Shown in pieces: positions 19,126 to 29,032 of a stretch of DNA of 33,936 bases; the stretch's first letter is position 1, and the number at the start of each line of letters is the position of its first letter. The stretch covers positions 1 through 33,936 of the forward strand of contig JAFYVF010000116.1 in the NCBI GenBank assembly GCA_017549265.1, read 5' to 3'. This DNA is from Clostridia bacterium (GTDB taxonomy: Bacteria > Bacillota > Clostridia > UMGS1840). The translations under genes and the position numbers were made by a program. Under the pieces are notes generated by a model. It was not told the DNA's origin, made no database searches, and was given only the letters and a program-made list of their open reading frames with translations.

Positions 19126-19935
19126 ATGTCTAATTATCAGAAAGCAGCAGCTTTCTTACAGGAAAAAATTGACGGAGCCTACGATACCTGCGTGGTATTA
19201 GGCTCCGGCTACGGCAATTTAATCGACAAATTGCCTAATAAATTGACAATATCATACAGTGAAATCCCCGGTTTTCCTGTTTCCACAGTACCGGGGCATC
19301 GAGGAGAAATGGTCTTTGCCGAAATGAACGGAAAAAACGTGATTTTTATGTCAGGTCGTTTTCATTTTTATGAAGGTTATTCTATGAGCGAAGTAACTTT
19401 CTATGTGAGAGTATTAAAGCTCCTCGGTGTTTCCAATCTGATTCTCACCAATGCAACCGGAGGCATCAATCCCGATTTTCGTGCAGGGGATTTGGTTGTG
19501 ATTTCCGACCATATCAAATTAGGGTTACAAAGTCCCTTGTTTGGTCCCAATGACGAAACCTTTGGTCCTCGTTTTCACGATATGTCCTGCGCATATTCTA
19601 TGGAGTTGAGAGAACATTGCAAAACTGCCTTCCAAAAAGTGGGGGTTCCCTATAAAACCGGTGTGTATGTGATGACGGGCGGTCCTCAGTTTGAAACACC
19701 TGCGGAAATTCGTGCCTTTGGCATTTTAGGTGCTGATATGGTGGGAATGTCCACCGTGCCGGAAGTGATTGTTGCAAATCACTGTGGGATGAATGTACTT
19801 GGCATTTCCTTAATTACCAATTTAGCTGCAGGAATTTCCAAAGCGCCCCTTTCTCACGAAGAAGTGATGGAGGAAGGAAGAAAAGCTACCGAACTTTTTT
19901 GGAAGGTATTATCCGAACTGATGTACCTGATCTAA
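19126..19935 (+). CDS. punA: Purine-nucleoside phosphorylase, trimeric (inosine/guanosine) type
   Basis: VLGSG, STVPGH.G, GRFHFYEG, LTNA.GG, GPQFETPAE, VGMSTVPE, TNLAAG, LSHEEV. Confidence 0.93.
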   Translation: MSNYQKAAAFLQEKIDGAYDTCVVLGSGYGNLIDKLPNKLTISYSEIPGFPVSTVPGHRGEMVFAEMNGKNVIFMSGRFHFYEGYSMSEVTFYVRVLKLLGVSNLILTNATGGINPDFRAGDLVVISDHIKLGLQSPLFGPNDETFGPRFHDMSCAYSMELREHCKTAFQKVGVPYKTGVYVMTGGPQFETPAEIRAFGILGADMVGMSTVPEVIVANHCGMNVLGISLITNLAAGISKAPLSHEEVMEEGRKATELFWKVLSELMYLI

Positions 19936-19961
19936 CAATGATAATATAAAGGGAAAAAGAT

Positions 19962-21185
19962 ATGAATGATTTAGTTTTAAGCGGTCAGAAGAAAATCGCC
20001 TGGGCAAAACGTTTTATGCCCGTGTTAACCGAAATTGAAAAAGACTTTGTGGAAAAACAGGTGTTTTCGGGATTAAAAATCACTGTTTGTATTCATTTAG
20101 AAGCCAAAACCGCCTGCTTTGTAAAGATGCTCAAAAACACAGGTGCCATTGTAACTGCAACCGGATGCAATCCCTTATCCACTCAGGATGATGTGTGTGA
20201 AGCACTTCGTGCAGACGGAATCCGTGTATGTGCAAAACATGGCGTTTCTATGGAAGAATACGAACGTCACCTGGAAGAGTCTTTATCCGACGGTCCTGAT
20301 TTGATTTTGGATGACGGCGGTGATTTAACCGATATTATCCACCATAAAATGCCTCATCTTGCAGACAACCTGATTGGTGGCACCGAAGAAACCACCACAG
20401 GAGTAAACCGCTTAAAAAATTTAGCACAAAAAGGTGAAATTAAATATCCCATTATCGCTGCAAACGATGCGATGATGAAATTTTTATTCGATAACCGTTA
20501 CGGAACAGGGCAGTCTGTCTGGGACGGTATCAACCGTACCACCAACTTAGTAGTTGCAGGGAAAACCGTTGTCATCGCAGGTTACGGTTGGTGCGGACGT
20601 GGTGCAGCCCTTCGTGCAAAAGGTCTTGGCGCCAAAGTGATTATTACCGAAATCGATGAAATTAAGGCGATTGAAGCGGTAATGGACGGTCACACCGTTA
20701 TGAAAATGGATGACGCTGCAAAATTAGGTGATATTTTTGTAACCTTAACAGGATGTAAAGATGTTATCACAAAAGAACATTTTAATGTGATGAAAAATGG
20801 TGCAGTGATGGCAAATGCAGGTCATTTTGATGTGGAAATCAATAAGAATGATTTACTATCTTTAAGTGTTTCTCACGAAGAAACCCGTCAGAATATTGAA
20901 ACTTATGCCCTAAAAAACGGCAACGAAATTCATCTGTTGGCTGAAGGCAGATTGGTAAACTTAGCAGCAGGGGACGGACATCCTGCCGAAATTATGGATA
21001 TGAGTTTTTCTGTGCAGGCATTGGCATTACGCTACTTAAAAGAGCATAAAGATGAATTATTGCCGGGTATGCATTATCTGCCCGAAGAAATCAACCGAAA
21101 GATTGCGAAGATTAAACTGCAATCATTGGGAGCCGGGTTGGATGAACTTAGCCCCGAGCAGAAAAGTTATTATTTTTGTGAGTAA
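19962..21185 (+). CDS. ahcY: Adenosylhomocysteinase (SAH/SIH hydrolase), short form
   Basis: HLEAKT, CNPLSTQD, LDDGGD, EETTTG, KFLFDNRYGTGQS, GYGWCGRG, NAGHFDVEI, EGRLVNL, GHPAEIMDMSF. Confidence 0.95.
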   Translation: MNDLVLSGQKKIAWAKRFMPVLTEIEKDFVEKQVFSGLKITVCIHLEAKTACFVKMLKNTGAIVTATGCNPLSTQDDVCEALRADGIRVCAKHGVSMEEYERHLEESLSDGPDLILDDGGDLTDIIHHKMPHLADNLIGGTEETTTGVNRLKNLAQKGEIKYPIIAANDAMMKFLFDNRYGTGQSVWDGINRTTNLVVAGKTVVIAGYGWCGRGAALRAKGLGAKVIITEIDEIKAIEAVMDGHTVMKMDDAAKLGDIFVTLTGCKDVITKEHFNVMKNGAVMANAGHFDVEINKNDLLSLSVSHEETRQNIETYALKNGNEIHLLAEGRLVNLAAGDGHPAEIMDMSFSVQALALRYLKEHKDELLPGMHYLPEEINRKIAKIKLQSLGAGLDELSPEQKSYYFCE

Positions 21186-21216
21186 ATTAAAAATTTGAAA
21201 AAATTTGAGGGATGAA

Positions 21217-23064
21217 GTGATGAAAAGCTTTTGGACTAAAAAAAATAAATTGATTTTTTGGATTTCGCTGTCTGCAATCCTGTTAATTCTTGCGCTTCTT
21301 TTGGTTATTCCGCCACTTTGTGATACCTACAATTCCGGCGTGGTTACCAAAGGAGTTCGCTATCAAGGTGCAGATATTGGCGGAAAAACCGAAGGGGAAA
21401 TTTCTGCTTTATTAGATGAAGAAATCCAGAAACCGAAGGAAATTACCGTTTTGGTTGCTGATACGACTTTGTCTTTAGACCTAAACTCTGCGGGATTTTC
21501 AATCGATAAAGAAAAAACGATGGCAGACATTATGGGTGCAGGGAAAAACGACTTTTTTGCCAATTTTGCAATTCGTTGGGGAAGTCAGGCAATTCCCACT
21601 GCAGTGATTTCCGATGAAGATGTATTTGCCACAGTTGTGGAAGTGTTGTTGGCTCAGGAAGGCTTTATGGAACAACGCTTTGATTACACCGTAAATGGTG
21701 ATGTTGCGGAAATTGTGCTTTCCGGAGATGTAGAAACCTACGATATTGAACGACTGTTTGAAGACATCAAAGGACATTACCCCAATATCCGTCAGGAGTA
21801 CACATTAGATAAAAAACCGGCACAGGCATTGACCGCTGCTGAAATTGCAGAAGGCATCAACATTCCTGTCACGAATGCCAGAATTGATGAAATAGACGGT
21901 AAAAAAGTGGTGATTCCGCATCAGACAGGTCTTTTGATTGATGAAGAAGCATTGGCAGAAATGCTGGAATCCGGCGAACTGGAATTCAGCGTTCCGGTAA
22001 CGGTTTTAAATCCTCAAGTGTATACGGATGATTTGTCTGCAGATGCATTTCCCAACCGTTTGGCAACTTATTCTACCAATTATAAAGAGTGGGAAGTAGA
22101 CCGTTCTTCCAACGTGAAATTAGCGGCACAAAAAGTAAACGGCACCGTGTTAAACAGCGGAGATATTTTCTCCTTTAACGATGTTGTTGGAAAACGAACT
22201 TATGAAAACGGTTTCAAAGATGCGAAAATCTTTTTAGCAGATAAGGTAGTTGATGGTACCGGTGGCGGTATTTGTCAGGTTTCTTCCACCATCTATCCTG
22301 CTGTGTTATACAGTGATTTGAAAATTGTGGAACGAAGAAATCACAACTTTGTGGTAGCGTATGCAAAATCAGGGATTGATGCTACCGTATCTTACGGTTC
22401 CATTGACTTTAAATTCCAGAATTCCCTCAGTAATCCCATCAAAGTGAAAGCATTTGCGGTTGACGGTGTGATGACCGTGGAAATCTGGGGAACCAAAGAA
22501 AATAATAATACCGTAGAAATCACCACCGAACATTTAGGTTCGATTGGTCGCGGTGTGAAATATGAATATAATGAAAATTTAGCTCCCGGAGAAACTGTGG
22601 TTACTCAAGCGGGATATGATGGCTTGAATGTACGTGCATACCGTATTGTAAAAGACGAAAACGGCAATGTGATTCGTACGGACGATTTGGGTGTTTCCAA
22701 CTATATTCCGTTGGTGAAAATCATTCAGACTTCTGATTTGGGATTGGTAGAAACCGGGATTCCCACCGAAATTCCGCCGGAAGAAAATCCGGAAGGAACT
22801 GAAGGTGGCGAAGAAATTTTAGATCCCGATTCCGGAGAAGGCGAAACAACAGAACCTACCACTCCGGAAAATACCGAGGATCCTGTTGTAACGCCGGTTC
22901 CCTCTACACCGGGAGAAGAATCATCTTCCGTGGAACCGAGTACCAATCCCGAAGTAACTCCTGTTCCTGAAATAACCCCGGAACCCACTGTTGTACCTGT
23001 TCCGGAAGTTCCGGAAATTCCGGAACAATCTGCGGAATCTCCTGTGGAGGTGCCTGCAGCATAA
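21217..23064 (+). CDS. VanW-family membrane-anchored protein with G5-like domain and Pro/Glu-rich tail
   Basis: N-terminal TM helix; VanW motifs R..NV.LAA..VNG, FSFN..VG.R, GGGICQVSST, G.DATV, DFKF.N; G5-like segment (L.PGE.VV.Q.G..G); acidic Pro-rich C-terminus. Start GTG 21217 or ATG 21220 after GAGG. Confidence 0.88.
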   Translation: MMKSFWTKKNKLIFWISLSAILLILALLLVIPPLCDTYNSGVVTKGVRYQGADIGGKTEGEISALLDEEIQKPKEITVLVADTTLSLDLNSAGFSIDKEKTMADIMGAGKNDFFANFAIRWGSQAIPTAVISDEDVFATVVEVLLAQEGFMEQRFDYTVNGDVAEIVLSGDVETYDIERLFEDIKGHYPNIRQEYTLDKKPAQALTAAEIAEGINIPVTNARIDEIDGKKVVIPHQTGLLIDEEALAEMLESGELEFSVPVTVLNPQVYTDDLSADAFPNRLATYSTNYKEWEVDRSSNVKLAAQKVNGTVLNSGDIFSFNDVVGKRTYENGFKDAKIFLADKVVDGTGGGICQVSSTIYPAVLYSDLKIVERRNHNFVVAYAKSGIDATVSYGSIDFKFQNSLSNPIKVKAFAVDGVMTVEIWGTKENNNTVEITTEHLGSIGRGVKYEYNENLAPGETVVTQAGYDGLNVRAYRIVKDENGNVIRTDDLGVSNYIPLVKIIQTSDLGLVETGIPTEIPPEENPEGTEGGEEILDPDSGEGETTEPTTPENTEDPVVTPVPSTPGEESSSVEPSTNPEVTPVPEITPEPTVVPVPEVPEIPEQSAESPVEVPAA

Positions 23065-23093
23065 TTGCGTCATCATAAGGAGGATATAGCATT

Positions 23094-24395
23094 ATGACAC
23101 GAACATTCAGAGGAGGATTTCATCCTGCGGAGAAAAAAGAACTTACCGCAGTGAAAGAAATTGTTTCACTTGCAGTACCGAATACCGTAATTATTCCGAT
23201 GGCTCAACATATCGGCGCACCTTGTGAACCTTTGGTAAAAGTTGGAGATGAGGTGAAAATGGGGCAGAAAATCGGGGAACCGAAAGGATTTGTATCGGTT
23301 GCGGTTCATGCCTCTGTTTCCGGTAAAGTTATTGCTGTGGAAGAACGACCGCACACCGGTTTAGGAAAATGTCTGGCTGTTGTCATTGAAAATGATGGTT
23401 TGGATACTCCGGCAGAAAGCATTCTCCCCAAAGACCCCGGAAAAATGACACCGCAAGAGTTATTACATGCTATTAAAGAAGCCGGTATTGTGGGAATGGG
23501 TGGAGCAACTTTCCCCACGCACATTAAACTGTCTCCTCCGGAAGGAAAACAAGCAGATTGCGTCATTTTAAACGGAGCAGAATGTGAACCGTTTTTAACT
23601 GCTGACCATCGTATGATGTTGGAACATCCCGATGATATTATCGACGGGTTAAAAATTATGATGAAAATTCTGAATGTGCATCGTGGCTATATCGCCATAG
23701 AAGATAACAAACGGGATGCTTATCATTTATTAAAAGAAAAATGTAATGAAGAATTCGATATTGAAGTAATCTTGGTAAAAACAAAATATCCCCAGGGCAG
23801 TGAAAAGCAGTTGATTGATTCAGTGTTACGACGGGAAGTGAAATCAGGGCAGTTACCTATTGATGCAGGTGTTGTGGTGCAAAATGTGGCATCTGCTGCA
23901 CAGATATCCACATCAATCCGAACCGGAATGCCACTGATTCAAAGAGTGGTCACCGTGTCTGGTAGCGGTTGTGAAAATCCACAGAATCTGTTGGTTAGAA
24001 TTGGTACGCCGTTATCCTCTTTGGCTGAATATACCGGGACAACAGACGGCATTAAAAAAGTATTGGCAGGCGGTCCTATGATGGGAACTGCCCAGTATAC
24101 TTTGGATGCTCCCGTGATCAAAGGAACTTCCGGTCTTTTATTCTTTACCGAAAAAGAATACCATCATTATGAACCAAAAGATTGCTTAAGATGTGGCAGA
24201 TGCGTAAAGCATTGTCCCATGAGATTGATGCCTTTTATGATTATGGCAAATGCAGAACTTGGTAATTTAGACGGTGCCGTTCGGTACGGATTAAAAGATT
24301 GTATGGAATGCGGAACCTGCAGTTATATTTGTCCTTCCAGAAGACATCTGGTGCAAACCATTAAAATTGCGAAGGCAAATCTTCCGAAAAAGTAG
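23094..24395 (+). CDS. rnfC: Rnf electron transport complex subunit C
   Basis: TFRGGFHP, QHIGAP, GIVGMGGATFPTH, NGAECEP, KYPQGSEKQL, GGPMMG, and two 4Fe-4S motifs (CLRCGRC...CP, CMECGTC...CP). Confidence 0.96.
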   Translation: MTRTFRGGFHPAEKKELTAVKEIVSLAVPNTVIIPMAQHIGAPCEPLVKVGDEVKMGQKIGEPKGFVSVAVHASVSGKVIAVEERPHTGLGKCLAVVIENDGLDTPAESILPKDPGKMTPQELLHAIKEAGIVGMGGATFPTHIKLSPPEGKQADCVILNGAECEPFLTADHRMMLEHPDDIIDGLKIMMKILNVHRGYIAIEDNKRDAYHLLKEKCNEEFDIEVILVKTKYPQGSEKQLIDSVLRREVKSGQLPIDAGVVVQNVASAAQISTSIRTGMPLIQRVVTVSGSGCENPQNLLVRIGTPLSSLAEYTGTTDGIKKVLAGGPMMGTAQYTLDAPVIKGTSGLLFFTEKEYHHYEPKDCLRCGRCVKHCPMRLMPFMIMANAELGNLDGAVRYGLKDCMECGTCSYICPSRRHLVQTIKIAKANLPKK

Positions 24396-24470
24396 GAGAA
24401 TCGTTTATCCGGAATTTCTGCACAGAAAGGATTATAGTAAAGGTGCCTTTTTGGCACATGGGTGATTTGT

Positions 24471-25421
24471 ATGAATGAAAAATTGATTGTGTCTACTTCA
24501 CCGCATATTCAAACGAATGACGGGATTGGAAAAATTATGGGGAATGTGCTGATTGCGCTGATTCCTGCAGTGGCAGCAGCAACATGGATTTTTGGTTTAA
24601 GAGCCTTGATTCTGATTTGCATTTCCATTTGTTCTGCAATGCTGTTTGAACATTTGTGGTGTATGATTTTTAAGAAACCTACCACTATTTTTGACGGAAG
24701 TGCTGCCATCACAGGAGCACTGCTGGCTTTAACCCTGCCTGTTGGAGTGGACTGGTATATTCCTGTGGTTGGTTCTTTCTTTGCAATTATTGTGGCAAAA
24801 TGCTTGTTCGGTGGGCTTGGTAATAACTTTATCAATCCTGCTTTGGCAGGGCGTGCCTTCCTGTTGGCATCCTACTCATTGCCTATGACTACCTGGGTGC
24901 AGCCCTTCTATTATCAGGCAGAAACGGTAGATGCAGTGTCTTATGCCACTCCTTTAAAGTTAGCAAAAGCAGGGGAAGCGGTATCGCTCAGTCATTGGGA
25001 TATGTTCCTCGGTAATATGGGCGGGTGCATGGGTGAAGTTTGTGCACTGGCTCTTATCGTCGGTTTTATTTATCTTTTGGCAAGAAAAATTATTCAACCG
25101 CATGCCACTCTTTCTTATGTTGCAACCGTTGCACTGTTGGGCTGGGTTTTCGGTTATCAGGGATTGATGACAGGGGATCCTGTTGCTTCTGTGTTAACAG
25201 GTGGTGTGTTATTGGGCGGTATTTTTATGCTGACCGATTATACCACGTCTCCCACAACCGGATTGGGCAATGTCATTGCCGGTATTTTAGCAGGGGCTTT
25301 AACCACCTTTATCCGTTTGAAAGGCGGCTATCCTGAGGGTGTGTGTTATTCCATTTTATTTGTGAATATTTTGGCACCTCAGATTGATAAATTGATTCTT
25401 CCCAAAAAATACGGTGCATAA
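24471..25421 (+). CDS. rnfD: Rnf subunit D
   Basis: SPH, FGGLG.NFINPALAGR, FMN attachment SYATPL, G.MGE, FMLTDYTTSP, YPEG. Confidence 0.95.
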   Translation: MNEKLIVSTSPHIQTNDGIGKIMGNVLIALIPAVAAATWIFGLRALILICISICSAMLFEHLWCMIFKKPTTIFDGSAAITGALLALTLPVGVDWYIPVVGSFFAIIVAKCLFGGLGNNFINPALAGRAFLLASYSLPMTTWVQPFYYQAETVDAVSYATPLKLAKAGEAVSLSHWDMFLGNMGGCMGEVCALALIVGFIYLLARKIIQPHATLSYVATVALLGWVFGYQGLMTGDPVASVLTGGVLLGGIFMLTDYTTSPTTGLGNVIAGILAGALTTFIRLKGGYPEGVCYSILFVNILAPQIDKLILPKKYGA

Positions 25422-25437
25422 AGGAGGCATTTTACAG

Positions 25438-25968
25438 ATGAAAAAAGATAATATTCTTGTTTTGGCAATCAAATTATTTGTAATATGTTTCGTTGTTGCG
25501 CTGGGATTATCCGCATTAAATTATGTAACTGCACCGGTGATTGCAGAACTTACCGAAACGAAAAAGGCGGAAGCTATGGCTTCTGTTTTACCCGATTGTG
25601 AATTAGAAAAATTCAGTGATGCGGTTTATATCGGAACTGAAAACGGCGAAATTAAAGGGTACGCCGTGAACGTAATCACCAAAGAAGGGTATGGCGGAAA
25701 CATTGAAATGATTGTTGGTTTTGATGCTGATTTTCATGTGACCGGTGTGCAGTATATTTCTATGTCGGAAACTCCGGGACTGGGAACTCGTGCCAAAGAA
25801 GAACCTTTTGCATCTCAGTTTAACGGGAAACCTGCTCGTGATTTTTCCGAAATTCAAGCTATGACGGGTGCCACTATTACTTCAAAAGCGGTCAATGGCG
25901 CTATCAATCAGGCATCTGATATGGCAAAAGAAGCAGCATCTCAATTTGTAAAGGAGGGAACAAACTAA
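25438..25968 (+). CDS. rnfG: Rnf subunit G
   Basis: N-terminal TM, GYGG.I, ETPGLG, FMN motif TGATITS. Start ATG 25438 after AAGGAGG. Confidence 0.94.
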   Translation: MKKDNILVLAIKLFVICFVVALGLSALNYVTAPVIAELTETKKAEAMASVLPDCELEKFSDAVYIGTENGEIKGYAVNVITKEGYGGNIEMIVGFDADFHVTGVQYISMSETPGLGTRAKEEPFASQFNGKPARDFSEIQAMTGATITSKAVNGAINQASDMAKEAASQFVKEGTN

Positions 25969-26565
25969 ATGAAAGCATTTTTTAAAAAAATGATTCAGGA
26001 AAATCCCGTGTTTGTTCTGCTTCTGGGGATGTGTCCAACCTTAGGAACATCCACCTCGGTGGTGAACGGTTTGGGGATGGGATTATCTGCAACTTTGGTT
26101 TTAATATGTTCCAACTTTTTTATTTCCATTTTGAGAAAATTTATTCCCGACAAAATTAGAATTGCGTCCTATATTGTTATCATTGCCGGTTTTGTGACTG
26201 CAGTGGAAATGGTATTAAAAGCGTATTTACCGGAAATCTCCGAATCTTTAGGTGTGTTTATTCCCTTAATTGTGGTAAACTGTATTATTTTGGCAAGAGC
26301 GGAAAGCTTTGCCTCCAAAAACACGCCCGGCAAATCTGCTGTAGACGGTCTTTGCATGGGACTTGGATTTACGGTTGCATTGGTAATTTTATCTGCGATC
26401 CGTGAACTTCTTGGCAATGGAACGTTGGCAGGAGTTTCCGTGTTAGGAGCAAATTATCCTAAAGCAATTATGATGATTCTTCCCCCGGGAGGCTTTATCG
26501 TGTTGGGTATTGTTTTAGGTGTGATTCAGGCAATGAGAACGAAGGGAGGCACCAAACATGGTTGA
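25969..26565 (+). CDS. rnfE: Rnf subunit E
   Basis: ENPVFVLLLGMCPTL, FIPLIVVNCIIL.RAE, IRELLG.G, LPPGGF. Confidence 0.95.
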   Translation: MKAFFKKMIQENPVFVLLLGMCPTLGTSTSVVNGLGMGLSATLVLICSNFFISILRKFIPDKIRIASYIVIIAGFVTAVEMVLKAYLPEISESLGVFIPLIVVNCIILARAESFASKNTPGKSAVDGLCMGLGFTVALVILSAIRELLGNGTLAGVSVLGANYPKAIMMILPPGGFIVLGIVLGVIQAMRTKGGTKHG

Positions 26566-27145
26566 TGTGGGGAAATTATTTTCTATTTTAATTACCACCA
26601 TTTTGGTGGAAAACTTTGTTTTGGTTAAATTTTTAGGATGTTGCCCGTTCCTTGGGGTATCCAAAAAAACAAGCACCGCGTTGGCAATGGGGATGGCAGT
26701 TACCTTTGTTATGGCATTAGCCAGTGCCATGACCTGGTTGGTAAATACCTACATCCTTGTTCCGTTTGATTTGCAGTATTTGCAGACCATTGCCTTTATT
26801 TTAGTCATTGCGGCACTTGTGCAGATTGTAGAAATGGCAATTATGAAATTAAGTCCTCCGCTCTATGCGTCTTTGGGAATTTATTTGCCTTTGATTACCA
26901 CCAACTGTGCAGTGCTGGGTGTTGCGATTTTAAACGTGCAAAAAGACTACGGTTTTATAGAAAGCGTGGTTTCGGGGATTGCAGCCGCATTAAGTTTTAC
27001 CTTGGCAATCTGGCTGTTTGCAGGCGTGAGAGAGCGTTTGGAAAATTCTAAAATACCTTCCTTTATGAAAGGGATGCCCATTGCATTGGTATCTGCCGGT
27101 TTAATAGCGATGGCATTTTTAGGATTTGCCGGTATGAAACTGTAG
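26558..27145 (+). CDS. rnfA: Rnf subunit A
   Basis: NFVLVKFLG.CPFLGVS, FILVIAALVQ, LGIYLPLITTNCAVLG, RERL. Confidence 0.95.
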   Translation: MVDVGKLFSILITTILVENFVLVKFLGCCPFLGVSKKTSTALAMGMAVTFVMALASAMTWLVNTYILVPFDLQYLQTIAFILVIAALVQIVEMAIMKLSPPLYASLGIYLPLITTNCAVLGVAILNVQKDYGFIESVVSGIAAALSFTLAIWLFAGVRERLENSKIPSFMKGMPIALVSAGLIAMAFLGFAGMKL

Positions 27146-27162
27146 ACGAAAGGAAATAGATT

Positions 27163-27960
27163 ATGACAAATATTTTAAGTGCAACTGTTGCAATTTCGGC
27201 TATGGGACTTATTTTTGGAGCGTTACTCGGATTTGCAGCCAAGATTTTTTATGTGAAGCAAGATGAGAAATTACCGCTGATTACCGAAGCATTACCAGGT
27301 GCTAATTGCGGGGGATGTGGATATGCCGGTTGTTCTCAGTGTGCCGCAGCGATTCTTGCAGGAGAAGCTAAGGCAAATGTTTGTCCTGTAGGCGGTAAAG
27401 AAACTGCTGCTGCTATTTCCAAAATTTTAGGTGTGGAAGCGGAAGCGTTTGAAAAAAAGGCTGCCTTTGTCCGTTGTGAAGGTTGTAGTGATGTTGCCCA
27501 AATAAAATTCCAATATGAAGGTATTTTAGATTGTGAATCTGCTGCCCGTATGATTGGCGGTGGTTATAAAGCCTGCAGTAACGGATGTTTAGGATTTGGT
27601 TCCTGCGTAAAAGTATGTAATTTTGGTGCTATCAGCATCAAAAACGGAATTGCAGTGGTGGATTTCGAGAAATGTACCGCATGCGGACAGTGTGTAAAAG
27701 CATGCCCGAAACAGCTGATCACCATTATTTCTGCAAAAGATAAATATGTGGTAAAATGCCGTAATACCGATAAAGGTGCTTTGGTAAAACAGGAATGTCA
27801 AGCCGGCTGTATCGGTTGTTCGTTATGTCAGAGAAATTGTCCGAATGAGGCAGTAAAAGTGGACCACTATCTGGCAACTATCGACCCTGAAAAATGTGTT
27901 GGTTGCGGTATTTGCTTAGAAAAATGCCCCAAGAAAATTATTAAAAAAATTACTTTATAA
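27163..27960 (+). CDS. rnfB: Rnf subunit B (polyferredoxin)
   Basis: N-terminal TM, LPGANCGGCGYAGC, and several CxxCxxCxxxCP ferredoxin motifs. Confidence 0.95.
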   Translation: MTNILSATVAISAMGLIFGALLGFAAKIFYVKQDEKLPLITEALPGANCGGCGYAGCSQCAAAILAGEAKANVCPVGGKETAAAISKILGVEAEAFEKKAAFVRCEGCSDVAQIKFQYEGILDCESAARMIGGGYKACSNGCLGFGSCVKVCNFGAISIKNGIAVVDFEKCTACGQCVKACPKQLITIISAKDKYVVKCRNTDKGALVKQECQAGCIGCSLCQRNCPNEAVKVDHYLATIDPEKCVGCGICLEKCPKKIIKKITL

Positions 27961-27979
27961 AAAAACAAGGGAAGGAATT

Positions 27980-29032
27980 ATGCGTTCTTCTATGAAACAG
28001 AATATCAAAAACTTACTTTTCTCTGAATTAGAAGAATATTTTTTAAAAAAATACCGCCAGAAGTTTCGCGCTAAACAAGTGTTTAAGTGGCTCTCTCTGG
28101 GGGTTACTTCCTTTGAAGAAATGACGGATATTTCCAAAAAAATGGCTGAGGAACTGTCGGAAGATTTTTATATTTCCAATTTAAAAGTTGTGAAAAAAGA
28201 AGTTTCAAAAGACGGTACCGTGAAGTTTTTATATGAATTGGGAGACGGCAATACGATAGAAAGCGTATTGATGGATTATAAACACGGTTACAGTATTTGT
28301 ATTTCCACTCAAGTGGGGTGCAACATGGGGTGCACCTTTTGTGCATCCACCGTGGGTGGTAAGGTGAGAGATTTAGAAGCAGGCGAAATTTTAGACCAAG
28401 TGCTTTTTACTGCCAAAGGAGAAGGGAAGCGGATTTCCAATATTGTGTTGATGGGAATCGGTGAGCCTTTGGATAACTACGAGAATGTGCTTCGCTTTTT
28501 AAAAAATGTGAATGATGAACATGGTATCAATATCGGGTATCGGCATATTTCGTTATCCACTTGCGGGTTAGTTCCCGGTATTAACCGCCTGGCAGAGGAG
28601 AATATTCCGTTGACTTTGTCGGTTTCTTTACATGCTCCTAATGATACCATTCGTAATCAAACAATGCCTGTTTCCAAAAAGTATCCGTATGGAGAACTTT
28701 TAAAAGCAGTAAAACAGTATGTGAAAAAAACAGGAAGACGTGTTTCCTTTGAATATACGTTGATTAAAGATGTGAATGATAAGCCCGAGCATGCGAAAGA
28801 GCTCATCGGGCATTTAAAAGGGATGCTTTGTCACGTGAATTTAATTCCGGTAAATCCGGCGCGGGGCAGTATGTCTCCCTCTGAAAAAAAACGAATTGCA
28901 GAATTTCAGCAGATGCTGGTGTCCGGTGGCTTAAATGCCACGGTAAGACGAACTTTGGGCACCGATATCAATGCTGCCTGTGGCCAGTTGCGGCGGGCAG
29001 AAACCAAGAGAAAGGAAGGTGAGCTGATATGA
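27980..29032 (+). CDS. rlmN: Dual-specificity RNA methyltransferase RlmN (radical SAM)
   Basis: CISTQVGCNMGCTFC, VLMGIGEPL, SLHA, FEY.LI..VND, NLIP.N, DINAACGQL. Confidence 0.95.
   Translation: MRSSMKQNIKNLLFSELEEYFLKKYRQKFRAKQVFKWLSLGVTSFEEMTDISKKMAEELSEDFYISNLKVVKKEVSKDGTVKFLYELGDGNTIESVLMDYKHGYSICISTQVGCNMGCTFCASTVGGKVRDLEAGEILDQVLFTAKGEGKRISNIVLMGIGEPLDNYENVLRFLKNVNDEHGINIGYRHISLSTCGLVPGINRLAEENIPLTLSVSLHAPNDTIRNQTMPVSKKYPYGELLKAVKQYVKKTGRRVSFEYTLIKDVNDKPEHAKELIGHLKGMLCHVNLIPVNPARGSMSPSEKKRIAEFQQMLVSGGLNATVRRTLGTDINAACGQLRRAETKRKEGELI

Noticed and set aside
21217-23064. VanW as evidence of vancomycin resistance
   Set aside because: No vanHAX/vanB or vanRS genes in the window; VanW-domain proteins are common in Clostridia.
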